Virus record (IMG/VR): IMGVR_UViG_3300020198_001494 | Coordinates: 31,202 to 95,201 of that record | Direction: 5' to 3' (one strand) | From: a virus | Length of the DNA stretch: 64,000 bases | Shown here: positions 57,538 through 64,000 of the stretch, piece after piece | Layout: each line of letters starts with the position of its first letter | Position numbering within the stretch: position 1 is the stretch's first letter | Made by a program: the position numbers and the translations under genes | Notes under the pieces: generated by a model | The model's input: the letters and a program-made list of their open reading frames with translations, nothing else | What the model was told of the DNA's origin: nothing | Database searches by the model: none

Positions 57538-58281
57538 TTAGTCGTACCAAGAATCTAGGTTTTTTAAAGTATCAGATAAGTCGCCAAGTTTTATATCTTC
57601 ACTATCTGGTATATTACTTTTAGTGGAAATATTACCAAATAACGCCTCTATATCAAGATCCTCATCTGCTATTTCTCTAACTTTATTTAAATCTTCTTTT
57701 TTACTACTTGGTATTACACTGTTTACTATTCTAGGAACTAAAGGATGATCAGGCTGAGAAGAAGCTGGCACCTCCCCAAGACGTATCCTAGATTCCAAAA
57801 TCCTAAGATGTATTTTTAAAGTATCTTTCGATTCCTTCAAATACTTTATCTGATTCTCTACCATATCCAAAGCTGTAGCATGTGTTATCAACATATCTTG
57901 TAAGATACTTAATTCCTTTACATTATCCTTAAGTAATGATAATGCAAATGACTCCTTTTGGTTTTGATAGCCTATATCCTTAGCTTTTGGATGACTTAGC
58001 ATTACCTCTTGTTTTTTAATATTTAAAACAGAATCAGCAAGATTTTTAGCTCTCTTTATAACCATAGTAGATTTTTTAATTTTAGACAAAAATTTCTCTA
58101 ATTTTTGAAGTTTAGTATGAATATCAAAAAGCTTTTCATCAACAAACAAGGGACCAAGCTGCACCACTGACTCATCGACATCAGCTACAGTATTCATTGT
58201 TTCATCCATTATATTGTTAATCTCTTCATCAGATAAAATATCTGATCCCTTTTTCCACTCTTTACCAAGATCTGTAGACAT
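57538..58281 (-). CDS. Coiled-coil protein, possible recombination mediator (UvsY-like)
   Basis: Long helical hairpin and acidic tail, adjacent to SSB and RecA genes. Confidence 0.4.
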   Translation of the reverse strand: MSTDLGKEWKKGSDILSDEEINNIMDETMNTVADVDESVVQLGPLFVDEKLFDIHTKLQKLEKFLSKIKKSTMVIKRAKNLADSVLNIKKQEVMLSHPKAKDIGYQNQKESFALSLLKDNVKELSILQDMLITHATALDMVENQIKYLKESKDTLKIHLRILESRIRLGEVPASSQPDHPLVPRIVNSVIPSSKKEDLNKVREIADEDLDIEALFGNISTKSNIPDSEDIKLGDLSDTLKNLDSWYD

Positions 58282-58286
58282 AAAAA

Positions 58287-58323
58287 AATCTCCTCACCTA
58301 TACTAATGATAGGTGAGGAGATT
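58287..58323 (-). promoter_or_regulatory. 15-bp hairpin that sequesters the SD of the 58281 gene and contains a promoter-motif variant
   Basis: Minus strand reads AATCTCCTCACCTAT-CATTAGT-ATAGGTGAGGAGATT-TTTTT-ATG. Confidence 0.7.
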
Positions 58324-58336
58324 AGAAAATTTCTAC

Positions 58337-58516
58337 CTAAATTCTCCGTCTTCTACGGAAAATCCTTTTATTCTTTTTTATATTTGACAGTAAATTTCTA
58401 TACAGATCTGGTAAGAAAAAAAATGATTCATTACTTAGTGGATCATGTATAGCTGGTCGCGGCTCTATTTTAACCGCCTTTGGATCAAAATACCACTTTT
58501 TTACAGAATCTTCCAT
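58337..58516 (-). CDS. Small protein (59 aa) with Arg-rich C-terminus
   Basis: Below the ORF-track cutoff. MEDSVKKWYFDP...RIFRRRRRI, with SD AGAGG and a promoter-motif variant at 58575-58584. Confidence 0.55.
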   Translation of the reverse strand: MEDSVKKWYFDPKAVKIEPRPAIHDPLSNESFFFLPDLYRNLLSNIKKNKRIFRRRRRI

Positions 58517-58654
58517 TTTACAAAACCTCTAAAGGAGCTTGTCCCACCACCTAGACTAAACCTCTGCTCCTTAGCTAATTATATCAACTAGTGAACCATC
58601 TAAAAGGCTAACAATAGTTAAGACGTTATGTTAAGTTATATTAAGCAGAAATTT

Positions 58655-59797
58655 CTAATTTTTTACAAGATTATCTATAATATCTGATATCTTATTAACG
58701 GAATTTTCCCATTTATATTTTTGAACAAATTTATAAGCCCTATCCACCTTAATTAATGGAATCTTACTACCTCTATAAAAGTCTAACAGCATGCTTGATA
58801 AATGATCTTCATCTGGTCGTGCCCACATATGGTCACCATCATTACCAGCGGCAACAAAACTAGGATGAAATGACATGTATTTACTATCTAATCCTATCAT
58901 TGAATATTTTATGTGATTAGCCATATCATTATTTAAATACTCGGCTGGAGCAGACCACCCTGTTATAACCAAAGGAACCTTACAAGCTGCGGCTTCAAAA
59001 GCTGGGTATCCCCAAGACTCCCCAAATGTCGGAAGAACAAATAAATTAGCTGATCTGTAAAGTCTAGCTAACTTGTGATCTGGTAAATATGATCTTATTA
59101 AACATATCTCCGGTTTATACGAATTAAACCTAGACCTTAGATCATTTACCATGTTTTTTAAATTATTTATCTGAGTATCCCCTGAATCTGTACTATCTAC
59201 AAACGGTTTAACTATTAACCTAACTTTATCAATATCCTTAAATGTCTTTAAATATGATGAAAATAAAATATCCCACCCTTTTCTATATTGAAAAGTTCCT
59301 ACAGATAATATATTATATTTTTTATCCCTAAATATTTCAAAAGAAGGGGTTTCTCTCTTCATAATATCATGATTAATACCATTTGGTACTACATATATAG
59401 GTTTACTAATGTCACGTTTAGAAAATGTTCCTTTATTAAAATCAGATGGAACAATTATAGCGTCCATTCCATTACAAGCAGGAACCCATTCCTTAGGTAT
59501 TCTATCAGTCTCGAACATTCCATAACCAATATTCTTTCCACAATATCTTTTCCACTCAAATGGAGCAGAAATTTGTATTGATATTGCTTTTGATCTATCT
59601 ATTTTATTAGAAAATGTCTCATTAATTATACTAATTTTCTCATCTGGCAAGTCAACTTTTAGATTATAATTATGGTAATGTTCTAACTGTATTTTATACT
59701 TACCTAACTTGTATAAGTTAGTAAGAATATTTATACCAGTTTCAGAATAACCAGATCCATCAAATAATGGAGCAATTAATAGAACTTCCTGCTTCAT
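58655..59797 (-). CDS. GT4-family glycosyltransferase
   Basis: SGYS, FETD, SVGTFQYRKGWD and FVLPTFGESWGYPAFEAAAC. Confidence 0.9.
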   Translation of the reverse strand: MKQEVLLIAPLFDGSGYSETGINILTNLYKLGKYKIQLEHYHNYNLKVDLPDEKISIINETFSNKIDRSKAISIQISAPFEWKRYCGKNIGYGMFETDRIPKEWVPACNGMDAIIVPSDFNKGTFSKRDISKPIYVVPNGINHDIMKRETPSFEIFRDKKYNILSVGTFQYRKGWDILFSSYLKTFKDIDKVRLIVKPFVDSTDSGDTQINNLKNMVNDLRSRFNSYKPEICLIRSYLPDHKLARLYRSANLFVLPTFGESWGYPAFEAAACKVPLVITGWSAPAEYLNNDMANHIKYSMIGLDSKYMSFHPSFVAAGNDGDHMWARPDEDHLSSMLLDFYRGSKIPLIKVDRAYKFVQKYKWENSVNKISDIIDNLVKN

Positions 59798-61044
59798 TAA
59801 ATTATTTCTACATACGAACTAGTTAGGTCCACCTTAAATTTATAGTAATACTTATTTATAGCATCAACGAATTGATTTGATATAATTCTCCAATCATGAT
59901 CTCTAGCCCACATATAAGCATCCTCTGCCTTTCTCTCTGCTACATCATAATTATTATATACAAATTTCATTTTTCTAGCTAAAGAAACTTCATCTATAGT
60001 ATATTGCACTACATTATAAGTAGCATAAATATGCCCCTCAGTCTTAATTAAAAACCCCCTCTCCTCGTTTGAACCAACTTGATACTCACATGCTGTATGT
60101 GCTGGAGCTATAACTGGTGTTTTACAAGCCATGGCTTCTGTTATTGGAAAACACCACCCTTCACCCATAGATGTATTAACAAAAAGATCACTCCCCTGAT
60201 AAATATTTGCTAAGATATCTTGTCCTACACCATTATTAACATCAAAATTATTAGGATAAAACACCCTATTATTAAGAGACGGAAAATCTCTTGTTAGTAC
60301 TTCACTTAAAGGAAATCCTGCTGGATCATTATCAAATGCAGTATGCATATAAACTAAAACATCATCGGGTATCCCCCCAAGATCTTTTTCCCATATATTC
60401 AATGCACCAAAAAAAGATTGGGGACTTTTTCTAATAAAATTTCTTCCTACCCAAGAAATAACAAACTTGCCATCAAATATTGGTATAACGGATTTTCTTA
60501 TAGACTCCTTATCAGCCTTACTAACTACTTTAAACACACTAGAGTCAACACCATGATTTACAATTGTAGGCTCTAAATTTGAAACTTTTCTTATTTCATT
60601 AAAACCGAAATCAGTAAACGTTATTAACCCATCTAAACTACTCAAAAATGGAACCCATTTTAAAGGGAACCTATCACTATCTACAGGAAAATAAAGTATC
60701 TGACATATTTTACCTTTATATTTTTGTAACAATTTTTCATAATTTGACAAAAACATAAAGGTATCGCCCACCATTAATATAATTTGCGGATTAAAGGAAT
60801 CTATAGCTCTCTCAATAATTTCTATACCAAATCTATTACCTCCTATTATATGGTATAATTCTGGATTATAATCAAATTGTTCCGTTGCTTCATGAACCGT
60901 TGGGCCATATCCATACCAATTCCAACAAAAAAAACCAATATTAAATTGTTCTGATAATGCTTTACCAAAATATCTTACTACCTGCGAGTAACCAGATTGA
61001 TAAAACGGTGCCTCTGATATTATTAATAAATTTTGTTTATCCAT
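59797..61044 (-). CDS. GT4-family glycosyltransferase
   Basis: SGYSQV, HGVD, VGRNFIRK and TSMGEGWCFPITEAMAC. Confidence 0.9.
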   Translation of the reverse strand: MDKQNLLIISEAPFYQSGYSQVVRYFGKALSEQFNIGFFCWNWYGYGPTVHEATEQFDYNPELYHIIGGNRFGIEIIERAIDSFNPQIILMVGDTFMFLSNYEKLLQKYKGKICQILYFPVDSDRFPLKWVPFLSSLDGLITFTDFGFNEIRKVSNLEPTIVNHGVDSSVFKVVSKADKESIRKSVIPIFDGKFVISWVGRNFIRKSPQSFFGALNIWEKDLGGIPDDVLVYMHTAFDNDPAGFPLSEVLTRDFPSLNNRVFYPNNFDVNNGVGQDILANIYQGSDLFVNTSMGEGWCFPITEAMACKTPVIAPAHTACEYQVGSNEERGFLIKTEGHIYATYNVVQYTIDEVSLARKMKFVYNNYDVAERKAEDAYMWARDHDWRIISNQFVDAINKYYYKFKVDLTSSYVEII

Positions 61045-61055
61045 AAAAAATAATC

Positions 61056-61385
61056 TTATACTAACTCTGGTTCTGTTACTTTATCTACATCAAGATCATT
61101 TGTTTCCTTTTCTACATCATTAAACGCTTCCTGTAATTTACCAAATAATGTACTAACTACATTATTTATATCATTTTCTATATCAGCAAAATGAGTTTCA
61201 TCTAGCTCAAAACTTCCAAGTAGTTTTACCGGCGTATAAACGCCATCTACATCAACGCCACTACTCACTGTCAGCTTAGCTGTTTTTTTATTAGGTGATA
61301 CATAAAGTTCCTCTATCCTAAAACTATTTAACACTAACGTCTCTGGTTTTTTAAGACTACCGACAAAATTTTCTATTTGTGACAT
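61056..61385 (-). CDS. Hypothetical protein (fibre-associated)
   Basis: 109-aa ORF with SD AGGAG. Confidence 0.5.
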   Translation of the reverse strand: MSQIENFVGSLKKPETLVLNSFRIEELYVSPNKKTAKLTVSSGVDVDGVYTPVKLLGSFELDETHFADIENDINNVVSTLFGKLQEAFNDVEKETNDLDVDKVTEPELV

Positions 61386-61463
61386 AAATAAAACTCCTAA
61401 TCAAAATTCATAGTATACTATTATTATGATAGTAATTTTTACTGTAAATCTATAATAGATATT

Positions 61464-62690
61464 TTACTTATCTTTAGGGTACTTTCTTTTAGAAAATCTT
61501 GGATAAACTCTTTTTTGTGGATCAAAACTAAACGACGCTGACCTACATACAAACTCACTACTCCTAGTAGTAACAGTGACAAATGAGGAATTACTAAAAC
61601 CACCACTATCATTTGCAATCACAGTAAATTTATATGTATTATTTGAAGAAAGTCCTGTGATATCTCTAGTGATAGCTGATCCAACATCTACGTTAGTTAC
61701 CAAATCCCAATTAGAGCCATTTTGTCTATGCATTTGAAATCTATAACTAGTCAGCCCTCCAGATTGACCACCCCCTCCTGACCAATTAACCGTTAAAGAT
61801 GTATCAGTGATATTACTTAACGTTGGTGTATTAGGAGCATTTGGTCCTACCCAAGAAGTTATTGTTTTAGAAGTAACGCCGCTCTTTCCTGTATAATTTT
61901 CTGCTTTTACTTCAAACGTAACTGTTGTGTTTATTGGCGGATTACTTGGTGCTGTCCAAGAAGTAGAGTCAGTATCAATCCAACCGCTATCATACCCTGT
62001 CCATGAGGCTCTAACATTATATCTAGCGCCTGCACCCGTCGTACCTGAAAATGAAGGTAAAGACAATGTAATTACTTGATTAGAGGCAGACCTGGTTGGA
62101 TTACTTACCGTTGGTGCTGGTGGAATATCTGGAAATGTATAGGAGTCTGTATTAGAAACACCAGTATGATTACCAAATATATTATCAGTACTACTTGCTT
62201 CTATTGTATAAGTTCCAGCGGATAGTCCTGAAACTTCTCTACTTGTAAATGCAGGCGTCGTAGTAATTTGATTTGTAGTAACGCTACTAGATCCCATTTT
62301 TAAATTGGTCCAAACAGACGCAACACCAGAAGTATCCGTTGCTGATATACTCCAATGTAAATATCCACCATAATTTACTGTTTTAGTACAATTAATAGTG
62401 GGGGGTGTTAAATCTATATAAGTTGGTCTATTAGGATTTCCTTCAGTTACTCGACTAGAGCCAAGTACGTAATCTATATTAACATAATACAGCCTTTCTA
62501 GTAGACCAGTAATAGGGTATGTTGAGTCTGGGCTAGCTGGGTTAAGATCATGAGTAGCCAATAAAGTCCAGACGCCTGAATCATTATAATAATAAACGTC
62601 TATTATATAACTATATGTAGCGTACCCAGAAAAATTACTGACTGTTATTCTTCCAAAACCGTTCCACTTATCCCTAGTGATAGTAGCCAT
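61464..62690 (-). CDS. FN3/Ig-repeat virion protein
   Basis: PNAPNTPTLSNITDTSLTVNW...ITGLSSNNTYKFTVIA; several tandem beta-sandwich domains. Confidence 0.75.
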   Translation of the reverse strand: MATITRDKWNGFGRITVSNFSGYATYSYIIDVYYYNDSGVWTLLATHDLNPASPDSTYPITGLLERLYYVNIDYVLGSSRVTEGNPNRPTYIDLTPPTINCTKTVNYGGYLHWSISATDTSGVASVWTNLKMGSSSVTTNQITTTPAFTSREVSGLSAGTYTIEASSTDNIFGNHTGVSNTDSYTFPDIPPAPTVSNPTRSASNQVITLSLPSFSGTTGAGARYNVRASWTGYDSGWIDTDSTSWTAPSNPPINTTVTFEVKAENYTGKSGVTSKTITSWVGPNAPNTPTLSNITDTSLTVNWSGGGGQSGGLTSYRFQMHRQNGSNWDLVTNVDVGSAITRDITGLSSNNTYKFTVIANDSGGFSNSSFVTVTTRSSEFVCRSASFSFDPQKRVYPRFSKRKYPKDK

Positions 62691-62698
62691 CTTATTAT

Positions 62699-64000
62699 TT
62701 ATATAATCCTAACGGAAGTAAATTTTAATCCATATGCGGCAAATGATCCTGAAACAACTTGAACATATATATTACCATCAGATAATCCCCACAATTCAAA
62801 CGGAACGGCATCTACCTCGGTAGTTACAGGATTTGCATTCGGGTTTGCATTATGTCTATTAGGGCTACCAGAATGGTAAAGTAAATCAGCAGGATTCGTT
62901 TGCCAGGAATTAGGTGGTACTCTCCATATTTTTACCTCAAGCCCCTGAACATTTAAATACTCTAATTTTGTCATGAATCCTTGAACCATACCTTCTTGCA
63001 ATTGTACTGTAGTATAATCGGTAGAAACTCCAGAAATTGGTAAACCAAAGCCATTTTGTACCTGTTTACGACACCCCAAACCCTTTGTAGTAGTAGGGCT
63101 AATAACTACAGAACCGAATCTTGCTGTAGTAGCTACAAGACTTTCTGAATTATCAGAAGGTGGACTTGTACTATCTATTGAACCACCACCATCTAAATAG
63201 GCTGTAGCTCCATCAGAGTATATTAAAAACTCAGAATAATTACTTCCGTTCCGGGTGCGCCATACTTTATATGTAAATGCCCCTGGTACAGCAGACCAGC
63301 TTAGTTGAACTCTACCAATATCATTTCCGAGATTTTGCCTATCTATTGAAACTGTTGCACTTGTCCCCATGATACCATCCCTGCTAATGGGTATTATTAC
63401 ATAAGTAAGAATATAACTAGAATCGCCGCTTCCAGGATATCCAGAACCATAAATAACCCAGTGAGCCTCTAAGTCCTTTATTTGACCTATACCGACTCTA
63501 GCCGTTCTAGTCTTACCATCTAGTCTCAACGTTTCTACTAAAGATGAACCATCATAATTAGAGAAAACAATATCAGCTTTATTACCTGATCCAACATTGA
63601 TTACTTTTATCTGTGCATTACCTGCGCCATCAGCAGCCGTGCTGTTATCGACGCCGAAATCAATAGATACAGCGGTATTTACAGCAGATGTTTTATTTGT
63701 TAAAGTAAGCATAGGTACATTTTTACCAGAGTCATCTTTATTAAGATGTAAAATAGATTCTGGAGTATCTGTACCTATACCAAGAAGACCTTCACGAGTC
63801 AACTTAGCTTTAGTTGTATAACTTGATGACCCGCCTGAAGTGGTTTCAAAAAGAATATCACCACCACCTCCAGCACGAACCGAAGCTAGAATTCGTGCCG
63901 CTCTTCCGTCATTTACAATACCGTTATTATATTTAAACTCAATTCCTGATGTTTCACCTGTACCACTATTTGAAGTAGTAGAAAGTACTAACTGTACTGC
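62699..64000 (-). CDS. Tail fibre protein, C-terminal part (start lies beyond the right edge)
   Basis: The frame is open from 64000 through the called TTG at 63802. Contains a GLLGIGTDTP fibre motif and a VQLSWSAVPGA..YKVWR domain. Confidence 0.75.
   Translation of the reverse strand, partial: AVQLVLSTTSNSGTGETSGIEFKYNNGIVNDGRAARILASVRAGGGGDILFETTSGGSSSYTTKAKLTREGLLGIGTDTPESILHLNKDDSGKNVPMLTLTNKTSAVNTAVSIDFGVDNSTAADGAGNAQIKVINVGSGNKADIVFSNYDGSSLVETLRLDGKTRTARVGIGQIKDLEAHWVIYGSGYPGSGDSSYILTYVIIPISRDGIMGTSATVSIDRQNLGNDIGRVQLSWSAVPGAFTYKVWRTRNGSNYSEFLIYSDGATAYLDGGGSIDSTSPPSDNSESLVATTARFGSVVISPTTTKGLGCRKQVQNGFGLPISGVSTDYTTVQLQEGMVQGFMTKLEYLNVQGLEVKIWRVPPNSWQTNPADLLYHSGSPNRHNANPNANPVTTEVDAVPFELWGLSDGNIYVQVVSGSFAAYGLKFTSVRII

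Noticed and set aside
58520-58575. tRNA-like element
   Set aside because: Only one 7-bp stem, with no D arm, T arm or TTC motif. I recognised no tRNA or rRNA genes in the window.
1-64000. Alternative genetic code (stop-codon reassignment)
   Set aside because: Conserved genes are full length in code 11, and TAA, TAG and TGA all end genes at sensible boundaries.

Overview
AT-rich, gene-dense segment of a large contractile-tailed (myovirus-type) bacteriophage. Almost every gene is on the minus strand and standard code 11 fits. Read in transcription order (right to left), it has five blocks. (1) Tail fibre, FN3 protein and two GT4 glycosyltransferases (58.6-64 kb). (2) Recombination/replication block (45-58 kb): SSB, RuvC, RecA, a Rad50/SbcC split into separate genes around Mre11/SbcD and a PD-(D/E)XK nuclease, a primase without its zinc-binding domain, and DnaX. 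(3) A NusG paralogue and a tandem sigma4-like HTH protein. (4) Head module: TerS, TerL with one intein, portal, prohead protease with two inteins, scaffold, cement protein and an HK97-fold major capsid protein. (5) Fibre, neck and tail module ending in sheath, tube, two paralogous chaperones and a tape measure protein with an M23 peptidase domain. The best candidates for undescribed biology are three. First, an MreB/MamK-like actin sits inside the virion-assembly operon between a small adaptor-like protein and an acidic SWIM-finger protein. Second, several head-module proteins share an amphipathic ELxKIAxxL leader and (K/R)xA(S) motifs, suggesting capsid targeting and proteolytic processing, with Cys-rich metallothionein-like cargo. 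Third, the Rad50 is broken at its zinc hook. All family calls come from motif recognition by eye; no searches were run.
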